Source: Neodothiora populina
Lineage: Eukaryota
Reading direction: 5' to 3'
Assembly (NCBI RefSeq): GCF_041146345.1
Contig: NW_027191408.1
Location: forward strand, 1,240,001-1,304,000
Length of the DNA: 64,000 bases
Each line of letters opens with the position of its first letter. The first letter of the stretch is position 1. Made by a program: the position numbers and the translations under genes. Shown in pieces: positions 24,024 through 36,443 of the stretch. The notes below the pieces were generated by a model that saw nothing but the letters and a program-made list of their open reading frames with translations, searched no databases and was not told the origin of the DNA.

Positions 24024-25282
24024 ATGCGCTCTCACTCTCCCAGCTCAATCTGGGCTCTCGGCCTAGCCACGCTTCCGTCTCTCGCTTCTGCTCTGACGAG
24101 TCCGTCTCGTGATTATGCGTTGTTGACCGCACGAACCGCCAAACCCGAACCCTTCTCCAATGCCTCCTGGCCTGTCCCCCACGACGTCACTGGCGACTCT
24201 GAGCCCGGCGCGAACGTGACAACTCAGGGATGGGGCGGCATCCATCTGCATGATCCGAGTATTGTGCTCGGCCCAGACGGGCACTATTATTCCTTTTCGA
24301 CGCATGGCAACACCGTCATCAGCAGAGCGTCGAAGAAAGGGAGTATAGATGGATACTGGAAGATCATCGGCAGTGTGCTCGAGGGCAACGGGAGTATCAT
24401 CGAGAACAGCGGCAGCATCGATCCCTGGTAAGTCCGTCCTTTCGTCGTCAAAACGCAAAGGTAAAGGGGACTGACGAACAACAGGGCACCAGACGTGCAC
24501 AAAGTAGGCGACACATACTACGACTTCTACGCGGTATCGCAATTCGGCTCTCAGATCTCGTCCATCGGGCTCGCGACATCCAAGACGCTGCTTCCCGGCT
24601 CATGGACAGACCACGGCGCCATATTGTCCAGCTCGCCCAACGCGTCCACGCCTCTGGACATCACGAACGCCATCGACGGCAACTTGTTCATCGATCCCAA
24701 GACTAAAAAGCCGTACCTCAACTACGGCAGCTTCTGGTCTGATATCTACCAGTTCGACCTCGAGGCAGATTTGATGTCGGTTGTCGGATCAGAGTACAGA
24801 CAGCTGAGTTTCGACCCCGTGCTGCCTCAGGCCGAGGAAGGCGCGTACATGAATTACCGGGACGGGTGGTATTTCCTGTGGTTCAGCCACGGGTTGTGCT
24901 GTGGGTATAATGTCTCTGCGCTGCCGGAGCCGGGCACGGAGTACTCGATTCGCGTGGGACGATCGAGGAGCCCGGAAGGTCCGTTTGTGGATCGCAACGG
25001 CACGGATCTGAGGAGTGGTGGCGGCACCGTCGTGTTTGGGTCGCATGGCTACGTCTATGGTCCTGGAGGCCAGGGCGTGCTTTCCGGGTATAAGGGCAGG
25101 GACGTGCTGTAAGTTCTTTTCCTTTCGTTTCATCATATGGTTACAAGCTGCTCACGTCTTGGAAATGTAGATACTACCACTACGTCAACACGGTCCAGAA
25201 CCCACAGTACCTGGACGAACTGAAGCTTTTGGGCTACAACTATATCGATTACGTCGGCGGATGGCCAGTTCTGGTTTACTGA
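24024..25282 (+). CDS. Secreted GH43 endo-1,5-alpha-L-arabinanase; exons 24024-24427, 24485-25108, 25171-25282
   Basis: Signal peptide; HDPSI, WAPDV, NAID, YLNYGSFW, EEGAY, FSHGLCCGY, YGPGGQGV, LYYHY...GWPV motifs. Confidence 0.92.
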
Positions 25283-25653
25283 TGGACCGACAGAAATTGT
25301 CTTATGTCTTGATATGAAATGCAATATCTCGTCCCGTCTTTGTATCTCAACGCCATGTGTTAGGAGGGCATGTCATGTGTACTGTGTTTCTTGCACGTTA
25401 CCTTACCTTGTAGATCTCTTTTGTGCCGATGGTGTGGATATGGAAGATAAGGTTTGGAGGCTGTAGTCGAGTGGAAGACGTTGAGTCTTGAGGTATGGCA
25501 CCAATGGACGCTGATGGGGTTTTTGGTCGTCTATGAGAGGAACATATAGGATATCGATAGTCTATTCTCGCACTCGAGTCAAACCTCGACTTTTTATCTA
25601 TCTACTGTGTGAACATGATCAGAGAAAAGGAAAAGAAACCCACCACCAACACA

Positions 25654-26393
25654 CTACTTGGGCACCTCCCCACCATTGACCAATGCCCCCTTCGCCCCCT
25701 CCGCCATCTTATCCAACGCCTCCCCGTCCAATCTCAGCGTGACCCAGTCCTGCATCTCGACAGCGCCCAAACTGCGATAAAAGGCAAGACTGTTCTCGTT
25801 CCACCTCAGACAACACCACTCGACTCTGCCGCCGCCGACACGCTTGCACTCAGCGGCCAGGGCTTTGATAAGCAGTTTCCCGTAGCCGGATTTGCGAAAG
25901 GCCGGTCGCACATAGAGGTCTTCGAGGTAGACGCCTGGGGCTGAGCGCCAGGTGCTGTAGTTGTTGAAGTAGAGAGCCATGCCTGCGACTGCGAGAGTTG
26001 AAGGGTCGTGGGGTGAGGGGGCTCGCAGGATGAATGTCGTGGCGTAGGTGTTTGGGGTTGGGGTTGGGGGTAGACCTGGTGCAGGGGCGAAACGGAGAGT
26101 TGAGAGGAGGGTTTCCTCAGTTGCTTGCACGGATGATGCTGCGTGTTCGTAGTCTGCCAACTCGTAGATCATGGCTAGGATCTCGGGGACGTCTGGAGGA
26201 GCATGAGTTTCCATGTCTCGATGAGGGGACGGGTGGCAACAGAGTAGAATTCTAGCTGATATAGAGATTCAAACATACCTTCTCGTGTAGAATGCGAGAT
26301 GACTGGTTGAGACGGATCGACTAGGGCTGAAGCAGCAGAATGGGATGAAGGAGAAGAGGTTGACAGTGTCAAGTTGTTGGATGGTGCTGCCAT
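25654..26393 (-). CDS. GNAT N-acetyltransferase, diamine/polyamine acetyltransferase (SSAT/ats1)-like; exons 26393-26279, 26192-25654
   Basis: DVPEILAMIYELADYE, YFNNYSTWRSAPGVYLEDLYV, RKSGYGK, WNENSLAFYRSLGA. Confidence 0.88.
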
Positions 26394-27432
26394 AGTAATG
26401 AAGTCTTCTAATGGACGCCTTTCAGGATACACAAGTGTGGGTCAGAGGCGTTCACGCGTTGCTCTGTACAAAGCTGTTGTTGAACAGGCCCGAGGTCTAA
26501 TTGCACTTGGTGGGGGGTTTCCGAGGTTCTGTGATGGACAGTAGGAACTATCCTTGGGTTATGTATAAAGCGAGTGCAGCTCAGGTAAAGTTTGAGCAAC
26601 AGGATGTACGAAGATAAGATACCAAGCTTGACGTCTCTGAGTAGCAATAGGAATGGGATACGAGCAGATGCGAAGAAGATACGAAATACGGAAGAGAGAA
26701 AGGAAGCTGACTTCGTAACTGGATATTATTGTTGGTTCATACCTTCCTGCAAGGTACAGGTGCGGATATATGCAGGAGAAAGTAACACCCCACAGTCTCG
26801 CTTAGCGTCGGCAAAGATGCGCCCTACCTGCGCCCTACCAAAGACAAGCAGTTTGCGAACTGTGGAACTCGTGAGATTGACAGTTTGTTGGTAAATCCAA
26901 AGGTTGGAACAGACTGTTATACATCGGAGTGTATACCTTGTGAGCCCATCGTTGCCAGAGAACTTGGGCAAAGTCTTGGAAGGAGATGAGGGCGGGCGTG
27001 ATACACGCTCAGGATTGCGAGTAGACCTGGGAGATGTTGGAAAGGTAGACAAGGGCAAAGAGAAGTATTGTATCTCCACGAACGTCCTTGTCAGAAGACC
27101 TGGTAAAGGTCGGAGAAGACCGAGTGAGCTACAGAGGGTAGTGTTATTGTCATACATTATTGATTGCAAGAGACGAGAAGAGCTGGCCACATGTGCTGAC
27201 CCGAGACGATGCCGCAGGGCCAGAAGAGAAAGTACAGCGAGGGTGACAGAATTGGAAGGTAGAAAACGCCAAGACTTCCGTCGCTGCTCGATTCGTTCAT
27301 TGGCTGTCGACGTCCCGAGTAGATCAGGAAGGAACAATTTCTCGAACAAGCAACAGCCAGCGACAACTATATTAACATTCATATTCATCCACTGCACGCA
27401 CAGTGCATCACACACATATCCCCTGATCAGTC

Positions 27433-29029
27433 ATGCGGAAAAGATTCCATGGCTTGAAAAAGCCCGTAAGTCGCCAAGTCGACTCTTTGCTCCTCCTCGA
27501 CATGCTCCGGAGGGTAGAGTAATAGTACAGAAGCGCTGACTTGCAAAACCAAACCCAGAAACCCAGACAGGACTGGTCGAAATGGAATCTCTACAACATC
27601 TCGCGCATGGCGCTGCCCCCGGCCTCGAACAAAACCTTTTTCCAGCAGAAATGGCTGGCCAAGTCGCTGACGCGCGCCTACCACGGCGAGCAGATCCGCG
27701 AAGGCCAATGGACGCGCATGTTCGACCGCCGACTGCCCTCCGTCGTGCCCATGGATTACCGCAAACTCGCCAGAAGTGACGGCAGCGAATGGGCGGCCGG
27801 CAGAGGAGGTGGTGTGCAGACGCCTCCAATCTCAGAGGTCGACGAAGAGCTGTCGGCCGAGGACAAGGCCAAGAGGATTTCCAACAGGACGAGGAGACTA
27901 AGGACGCCGGACAAGACTCCTTATATGCACATGACGTACCATCCCACCGAGCGGAGACTGGACACGGCCATCTTCAGAGCTCTGTTCGCCTCGAGCACGA
28001 GACAGGCGAGGCAGTTTGTCGTGCACGGCTTTGTCAAGGTCAACGGCAAGAAGGTATTTTTTCTTCTCTCTCGTTCTCTTTCCTTTTGACCGCTGACCCT
28101 TTTCCCCCAAGATGGAATATCCCGGATACCTGCTCAACCCGGGCGACATGTTCTCCGTCGAGCCAGAGCGCGTCCTCTTCGCCACCGGCGCCCGCAAGTA
28201 CAACAAGCACGTCCCAGACACCTTGCAAGGCACCACGCGTGAGGACGAGCCGGACTCCATAATCGACGACGAAGCCGAAGACCTGGTCGAGGCATCATCA
28301 TCATCCGAAGCCGCCGCGGAATCGGCAGAAAAGACGAAAGAGTCGGAAGCCAAAGACGGCGAGGCGGGAGCCGACAAGAAACAAAACACCGAGGCAGAGA
28401 ACCGCAAGGCCATCCAGGACCTCATGGACCGCGCCAAATCAATCATGTCGGGCAAAGAGCGAAGAGGCGGGCTGTCGGCCAAGCGGAAGCAGGAGCTGCG
28501 CGCATTCACCCAGGCCGCCAAGAAGGCTCTGTCGCAGATCCGAGGCACAAAGATCAAGAACTCGGCGCCGCTGAACGAGACGATTGACGGTCTGCAGGAG
28601 ACGCTCGAGACCATCAATGCCAAAATCCCCGGCACATCCACATCCGCCTCCTCATCACCGCCAGAAACCACATCATCATCATCAGAACCCGCAACAACGC
28701 CCTCCTCGACAAACCCGCAATCCCCCGAAATCACCCAGAAAGAAGACAAGCACGCCACGCGCAAGCAAGCCGAGCTGCTGCACGCCGCTCTGCAGCGCGC
28801 CCAGGAGAACCCCATCGACGTCAAGAAACCCTACGCCACGCCGTGGCAGCCGCGCGAGTACATGAGCGCCTTCGCCTTTATTCCGCGATACCTCGAGGTC
28901 AACCAGAAGATCTGCTCGGCCGTCTATCTCAGACATCCCGTGGCGAGACCGGGGCTGGCCGAGGTGCCCACGCCGTTCCATGGCGAGACTATGGGGCTGG
29001 CGTTCAATTGGTATCTGAGGAGGCGCTAG
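27433..29029 (+). CDS. NAM9: Mitochondrial small-subunit ribosomal protein uS4m; exons 27433-27465, 27559-28053, 28112-29029
   Basis: [51 protein letters not shown] (S4 domain), [27 protein letters not shown]. Confidence 0.93.
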
Positions 29030-29469
29030 TCTGTTTTTCTCTTGTGTATCGTTATTCTTTTCTCGTGCTTCTGTTCTTTCTTTGCCTGTATACATGTCGT
29101 GTGTCCTGTGTAAAATATGGCATCAGTCGCCTCGTCCATGCATATTCAGACGGAATGAACCGAGGAGAAACGAAAGACAAGCAGAGGCATGAAGAGTGAA
29201 GAAAGAGAACAAACCGGGGGCATGAAGAAGACGAAGGAGGCAGATCCCAAACACCATCAAAATCGAATCCGTGTATTTTTATTGTCCCATAACTTCGACC
29301 TTGCTTCGCCGTTCGCGTATCTCGCTTCACCCGGCCTTTTAATGTGCATCTGACAATCCGCAGCCAACACAAAGACTATTTCTATATCTGGAAGAGTGCA
29401 TTAATCATATCACGAATAGTACAAGACTACCTACAGGAAGTGCTGCGAAGCAGCAGAAGAGAGAGAAGC

Positions 29470-32400
29470 TCAAACAGGCAACTCAGGCGGCCCCATACGC
29501 CTTCCTGCCCCTCCAGCCCCTCTTTGCATTCCCGCGTGTCCTGCATATCCACCACTCCCCATCATCCGAGGAGTGGTATTCTCCATGTCCATGTCCGCCC
29601 CTCCATTGGTTCCTTTTGCTCTTCCGTTTAGAGTACCCGTTTCATCCGGAGAAGGCGAGCCTCCTTTACCGCCGTTATTATTGTTCGTCGAGGACGCGTT
29701 ACCACCACCACCACCGCCCACGCCCTCGACTTTGACCAGGAAATCCCTGACGCGGCCCACTTCTTCCCTCCCGAACCCCAAACCTCCTCGTTCGCTCTCC
29801 ACCGCCGCCACGAGCAACGGCAGGGATTCCTCGACGCGCTCCTCCGGCACAGAGGTGCATAGTGCTACTACTTTTCGGTATTGTTGCTCTAGTGCTGCTG
29901 AGCGCTTTTGTAGCGCCATCGAAACAGAAGACAGGGCCGAGTTGTTTTGCGTATATGTTCTTGTGATGAGGCGGAGGTCTGATGGGGATAGGGAGGAAAG
30001 ATAAGCGTAAAGGTCCAGGTGGTGGGTGTGGAGGTAGGCTACGTCTGTCGCTGTCGAGTTGTCTTCTGAAAGAGAGGGGAGATCTCTTGCTGTTGCCATG
30101 ATAGATGCCAGAGATGGGATGCGCTGTTCGGCTTCTCCTACACTGAGTTTCTTTGTTGGCGATGACGAAGAAGAAGACGACGACGGTCTCTGGCGCTGCG
30201 AGGAGCGTTCCTCGACCAGTCGTCGCAGGTTCGCAATCTTGGCCAGACGGTCAGATCGCGTCTTCGAGCGCTGCTGCAGCACCCCTAGTGCGTCGGCTTC
30301 GCTCTTTTGTGCACTGCTCAGTTCACGGATCTCCGTGTTCAATCGGTCGATTTGTGCCGTTTTGGCTGCGAGAAGTGCCTTATGTTGTGCCAAATTTTGG
30401 GTCAACATTGTTGTCAGGGCTGCGTTTCCACATCTTGTCGTTAGTCGATTGATCAATCAGAAACAAAGGAGGGAAACGTACAGGATATCACATCTTGGTT
30501 TTGGTCTTCAGTAATCGCTGCCTGTGCCGCTGCACTGTCTTGCTGAGCAGTCACCTCATCAGTCACGCCTCCGTCAGTGCGAGCAACCCCGTTACTCGGT
30601 GACTGTGAAATGGCTGGGTCAATGTTGTTGGGGTTGTTGTATGTCACCGCTGTTGACGACGTGCCGTTCAGCAAGTGGTTGCGCGCAGGCATAAAGCCAG
30701 ACTCTACATCTTCCACTCCGACACCAAAATCACGTGCCGACACACCTTTGAAGTTGGGAATGTTCGGATCAGCCTTGATCTCCAACAACTGCTGGATGAT
30801 GCTGCGATTGCCGATTCTAGCGACAAGATTCAAGGCAGTGTTGCCCAGCTTGTCCTTGGCATTGACGATGTTGGCAAGAAACGTAAGCAGTGTCGTCTGC
30901 TTGGGTCTCTCCTGACTCTCGCTGTTCGCTCGGGCTATCCTGTCTGCGCCGGATGGCTTTGCACTCCGCACAAGAAATTCGAGCAATGCTTCGAGATAGT
31001 ACTTGCTACTGGGCGCACGACCCTTGATACCACACGACACGGCGATATGGTGAAGGATAGTCCTGCCTTGATGATCCCTGATTTCGATCAGAGGACTCAA
31101 CAATTCGAGGACATCAGGAAACGACGAACGCTCCCAGCAATTGTTGACAAGGACAGCAGATATAAGAGCGCTGTGACCGGCGACGTTGCCACGGTAGATG
31201 TTGGCACCCTTCTGAATAAGCATGCGCAATAGATTTATCCGAGAAAGAGTCGTTGCCCAGTGCAAGGCCGTGTTCGCCGAAGCGTCAAGTGGGATACTCA
31301 GATCCTGAGGAGACAGCTGGGTAAAGGCGGGATGAGTGGTGTAGTCGGTTCGTTGTGTGTCGGCGAACAAGTCAAGAAGTGAAGCCTTCTTCTCTTCATC
31401 TTCAGCGCTCGCAGGAGCAGGTAGTGCCGGATCAGTGGCAAACTCATCACGCTCCATCGAACTGTCCACAAAAGACTGAGAGTACCCAAACGAGTCACTG
31501 GGTTCGGTGGGGTCCATGGACATCATTGACGTATCTACATCCATCGCTGGGCCTTCACTCTGTCGCATCCGCTTTCGAGGGGGTTCTTGACCTGACTGCC
31601 GCCAGCCTCCTTGGTTTTGGGTAGTCCCGTAGCCAGAGTCGGCATGCGAAAAGGAATCCGAGGACTGCAAGCCATGACCAGGATGGGCAGGCTGCATCGA
31701 AGACGGCCTCAAACTACTGTTCGGTCGCGCGGGGGAATTCAGACGGGCCACCTTGTTCATAGCGGTCAGAGCGATCTGCGACATAGGCGAGATGTTTTGA
31801 AAAAAGGTGCTCTGATTGGCGGATCTGTTGTCAAGTGCAGAGCCAGTGTTGTAGAAGCGTTTGCGGTTGGCGGCCATGGCCTGTTCCTTTGTCGGTGTTT
31901 CTGTGTTTTGTGTTCCGACGCCTGTTCCATCACCGTTGAGATCATATTCCAGCAGTGGGAGCAGAGGCTCTTCGACACCGTACTGTCGACAGAATTCACG
32001 TCCTCTGTGATAACTGATCCATGTGCCTTGGTATTTGCCATATCCTCCTTGCACCTTCTCATGGTCGCCCGTGAGGATCTCCTTTTCAAGCACTTTAGTA
32101 CGTTTGCCCTTGTCAATGCCTGCAACTTTCAGGATCTGCGTAGCGTTCAGCCAGCCATCTGATCGTCGACGCATGCAAGCTACACCGTTGACTTCCATTT
32201 CATACACTTGAACGCCCGAATAGACAGCCTTGGTCCTGAGGTCAGCCATCATGCATGTTAAGCAGGTCAAGATGAGGAGATACGAACAGTGTATATCTGG
32301 GGCTTCTCAAAAGTGCTGTGTAGGCTGTTCCCATTGCTGTATTGATGTGGCTCATTGAAGCTCTTGAAAGGTGATTGGGCATGGCTCATTCCAGGGTAAG

Positions 32401-32527
32401 GATGCGGATGTGACATTGACTGGGACTGTGAATGTGGAGTGGAATGCTGTTGCTGCTGTTGCTGAGAGGCATACGACATGGCGTAATGGTTGCCGTCGTT
32501 GCCCGCGCGATTCGAGTTTTGTGACAT
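29470..32527 (-). CDS. Swi6/Cdc10-like Start transcription factor (APSES/KilA-N, ankyrin repeats, coiled coil); exons 32527-32288, 32228-30482, 30419-29470
   Basis: AVYSGVQVYEM..MRRRSDGWLNATQILK..EKVQGGYGKYQGTW; ankyrins NTALHWA, GRTILHHIA, GNTALNL; YRKVVALCT. Swi6 versus Mbp1 assignment is from memory of the motif variants. Confidence 0.9.
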
Positions 32528-33014
32528 GATGCAGACAAGCAGAAAACAGACAAGGTAAAGAAAGAAGAGATAGACAGGAAAAGATGCAAAGAAAGGTCAG
32601 GATCCTCTCTTCTTCCTGCGATAGCCGCCTAGTTTCTACACTTCTCCTCGTTATGAACAGTCTTCGTTATGATATGTAGCAAGACCTGGCTGTATAAGGC
32701 TTCAATCAACAACGTCGTCAATGATCTCATTCAAGGAAGGGTCGTCGGTCATCGGCCATGAGTGGTCGCGGTGGTATTGCGCTCATTGAACGCGGTATGC
32801 GAAAGTGGACGAGGAGGGGACGACGTGTAGCGCGTTTGGGTTGGGTTCGGAAGGTGGCACGAGCGCGACTTCCTCCCACCTGACTAGAGCAAGGGTCTTT
32901 CCCTTCTCGCTCGAGTACCTTACCTGTCTTATTGCAGCTTTAATCCCAGAGTAGCAGCTCCACAGCGAGCTTGGCTACCAACTCGAGGTACGGTAGTCCA
33001 TACCTACATACAAT

Positions 33015-33038
33015 AGCAGCAGCAGCAGCAGCAGCAGC
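33015..33038. repeat. (AGC)8 microsatellite
   Basis: Direct reading. Confidence 0.9.
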
Positions 33039-33118
33039 TCGGGACGACATCTGAGGGAAGAAAGAAAGGAATGGTTGACTCGAGATAGATTTTCCTACAG
33101 TGCTCTTCCAAAATCAAA

Positions 33119-33927
33119 TCAGATACTATTGCCTCCATCGACCACAAGGGTCGATCCAGTAACAAACGAGGCATCCTCGCTCAACAGAAAAACTATGGCC
33201 TTCACGACTTCGTCTGCCTTGCCCATTCTACCCAATGGAGCCTTTGCTATGGCGGAGTGTCGCCGTTCCATGTGTCGTTTCGCAGAAAGCGCGTCCAGCA
33301 TGGGCGTCTCGATGAAACCCCTGTCTACGATTAGTGTTCTAACGAGGAATGTGTCACACGTGCATCTAGCTGATACGAAGTGCACACATACGGAGCAATT
33401 GCATTGATGCGGATTCCCCTCCTGCCCTCTTCCGTAGCTGCTGCCCTGGTCAAGGTAGACACGCCAGCCTCGCTGTCTTTTCTTCTTAGCCCAGCCACTG
33501 GGCACGCATTGACAATACTGCCGGATTCCTGTATGACCTTCAATTGACGTTCGAGGCAAGTCTTGACCTCAAGAGCTGAACGCGATTCCTCGCTCTCGAT
33601 AGCGTCTGTCGGGTCAGATGCAGACAGATTACCCGACACGTGGCCTAGGTTTATAGCTCCGTCTATGCAACTGAACATCTCAATGGTATGCTCCAGCCAA
33701 GTGTCTACAGCGCCCGCGTTGCGGGGGTCAAGGATGGTAGGCAAGACATGGTCACTGGTCAAGGGACATGCCTTTTCGATCTCGAGAACGACGTGGTGCA
33801 GTGCAGCCTGATCATCGTCGGCGATGGAGACGTCGCAGCCCTGACGGATCAAGTGGATTGCCAGAGCCAGACCAATGTCTGAAGCGGCGTTGGAGATGAC
33901 AAAGACCTTGTCTTCAAAGTCCTGCAT
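33119..33927 (-). CDS. Short-chain dehydrogenase/reductase-like protein with degenerate cofactor and catalytic motifs; exons 33927-33392, 33320-33119
   Basis: KVFVISNAASDIG, GSIVNA, GIRINAIAPGFIETPM, PLGRMGKADEV, FLLSEDASFVTGSTLVVDGG; no YxxxK. Confidence 0.8.
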
Positions 33928-34741
33928 GTTTGTTTTTAATAGAGGCTTGTCGGCTTTCGAGTTTAGCACAATGATACTGAACGATCCAATGGAGACTCGA
34001 AAAGTCGAATCAAGCTCCTTTGCCCGGTAGGGGAAGCTACATGTGTCTTATAGGTGTTACCTCGTCCTGTCCCAAAGTCGCTGTGTTGCGAATGAGGGGC
34101 ATAGAGGTAAGGTAGATACCCCGCACGCGTGTATTGTCACGCGAGCTCACCTGGCGAGACCGTGGTAGGGTGTACGGGAGACAGAAACCGAGTGGCATGA
34201 GCTGAAACCATTTGTTGCCCGATGATTAGTGGCTACGTTTGAGCGCAAGACACCGGAGGCAGTGGGAAGCTTAGTGGTTTGGTCTTGATATGACGTTCGG
34301 AAGTGAGTAAGGTATTATATCTTGCCGCAAGGTACGGCCACCACCTTGACTTTGTGACTTGTGCTCAGTTGGACGATTGCTATACCAGCTCCACACCTGG
34401 GCTTTGTATTCAATGCCCATGGACCAGTGAACCTGTTCAAGTATAGTACCGTCACGGTGCTGTGCAATTCACATGCTGGATGGCTGCTCGACTGCTTCGC
34501 TGGTAGAGTTACTCCGGTACCTAGAGTTCCTCTGGTATACCATGACGTCAGTAGCGTCCGAGCTCTAGGCAACCCTTCACTCGTGTGTTAAGGTAGCTAG
34601 AGGTAGTGTTACTTACCTATAGGATTGTGAACAACACTGACAAAAGAACAGTCATCGCGTGGAATCCTGATCATAATTCTGTCTCTACAACTAGCCAAGG
34701 ATAGACACCATAGAGTTCGACCGTTTCGACAACCGACAATC

Positions 34742-35467
34742 ATGGCAGCTGCTATTCCTCTCAGCGAGATACGGACCCTAACCCTCCTCTACAAATTAAA
34801 TCACCTTACGCCAGCTACCACTCCACTCGCCAGAGCAAATGCTTCCTACAACGACAAGATTAGTCTGATACAAACCGACATCACAAGCCTCGGCGTCGAT
34901 GCTATCGTGAACGCCGCCAACGAGTCTCTGCTCGGCGGAGGAGGTGTCGATGGTGCAATCCATCGTGCCGCCGGCAGAGGACTCTACAACGAATGCAAGA
35001 CGCTGGGCGGCTGCGACACAGGAGATGCCAAAATCACGGGCGCCTACGAGCTGCCGTGTAAGAAAGTGATTCACACGGTCGGGCCTGTGTACGGCAGCAC
35101 TAAGAGGCTGGGTACGCACACCAAGCTGCTGCAGAGTTGCTACAGAAAGAGTCTGGATCTGGCCGTGGGCAATGGATGCAAGAGCATTGCCTTCAGCGCC
35201 CTGAGTACAGGCGTCTACGGTTACCCTAGTGGCGAGGCTGCAGAGACGGCCATAGCTGAGGTTAGAGAGTGGCTGGATGAAGACCAGGCCAGAGCTAGCA
35301 TGCTGGACAGGATTGTGTTTTGCAGCTTCATGGACAAGGACCAGAAGGCATACGAAAAGCGGATTCCGTAAGTGCAGCCGAAACCTTTGGATGGAGTGAA
35401 GTGGATCGGACAATGACTGACATGACGCAGACAATTCTTCCCTCCAGCTGACGAGGCAGGCCAGTAA
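34742..35467 (+). CDS. Macrodomain protein (MacroD/YmdB-type O-acetyl-ADP-ribose deacetylase); intron 35368-35430
   Basis: DIT, DAIVNAANESLLGGGGVDGAIHRAAG, VIHTVGP, SIAFSALSTGVYGYP. Confidence 0.92.
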
Positions 35468-36443
35468 AAAGGACAAGGGATGTCTGCTCCACACTGTTTC
35501 AGATGTACTTGCCGAGGTGCATGCTGAGTGGAGCAGTGGGATGGACGACAGCCGGCATGCAAGAAGGTCACGACCGGTCATGAAATTGTGAAAGAAGCAG
35601 TGAATTTGTCCAAAGACTGTGGATGCATCGAAGAGACCGAAGTGCCAATTGCGATGACATAGCATACAATAGCCCTATACCCAGATGAGTGATTTAGCAA
35701 TGGACCAAGTTGCGTCAAACCAAAGTTTCGCAAAGAGCGACAGTAGGCCTGAGACACCAGGATCTAATCTTCGGGATCATTACATCATTCAGATCTGTAG
35801 ATCTGAATCACCTACTCCGGTCGTTCTGTAGATCATTGTTTTGATAGTCATCGTCAAGGTACTTGTACAGAACATCTCATGTGGATGGTCCCGTCTCATC
35901 GAACAAACAGACAGACTGTATGTCTATATCTGCGACAGATAGAGTAGGGATTATTCGCAGCACGCAAGCAACCTGTCCGCGGGCAAGGATCAGACAGCTC
36001 AGGCATTCTATAATTGACTTTCGATGATTCAAGGTGATCGGCCCGGGGTTTTCATGGTTAGAACAGACTAATTACATGCCGTTGATCAACAGAACCAGGC
36101 CCTGCTCCACGGCACGGTATACAAGTACAGTACAGTAGCGAGTAGCTAAGGTAAGCCGTTCCAGCCTTCGAGTCCACTTCTCCACGCCATCATTCAAGGT
36201 CTCCATTATTCTTCTTATCTCATCCTTGTTTTTGTTGTTGCACATCTTTTGGGTTTCTTATCCTTTTTCGGCTGCAAACGTCTCATTTTCTTCTTTGCTT
36301 TGTGGATCGAGGACTTGAGCGACTCCTGCAGAATCAATGTCTATATCATCATAACACCTCGAGTCAGCTATCGGAGATCTGGGCCCACCTGTTTTGTATG
36401 AAGCCCCACTCGCTATCACGCCAGGGCAATCAAGAAACACGAT

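Noticed and set aside
25171..25282. Suspected frameshift in the last GH43 exon
   Set aside because: Recounting shows YYHYVNTVQNPQYLDELKLLGYNYIDYVGGWPVLVY* is one continuous frame.
26726..27539. Long overlapping ORFs (229 aa minus, 211 aa plus) between the GNAT and NAM9
   Set aside because: No domain similarity, non-ATG starts, and they sit in a divergent promoter. A polyamine-responsive uORF could not be supported.
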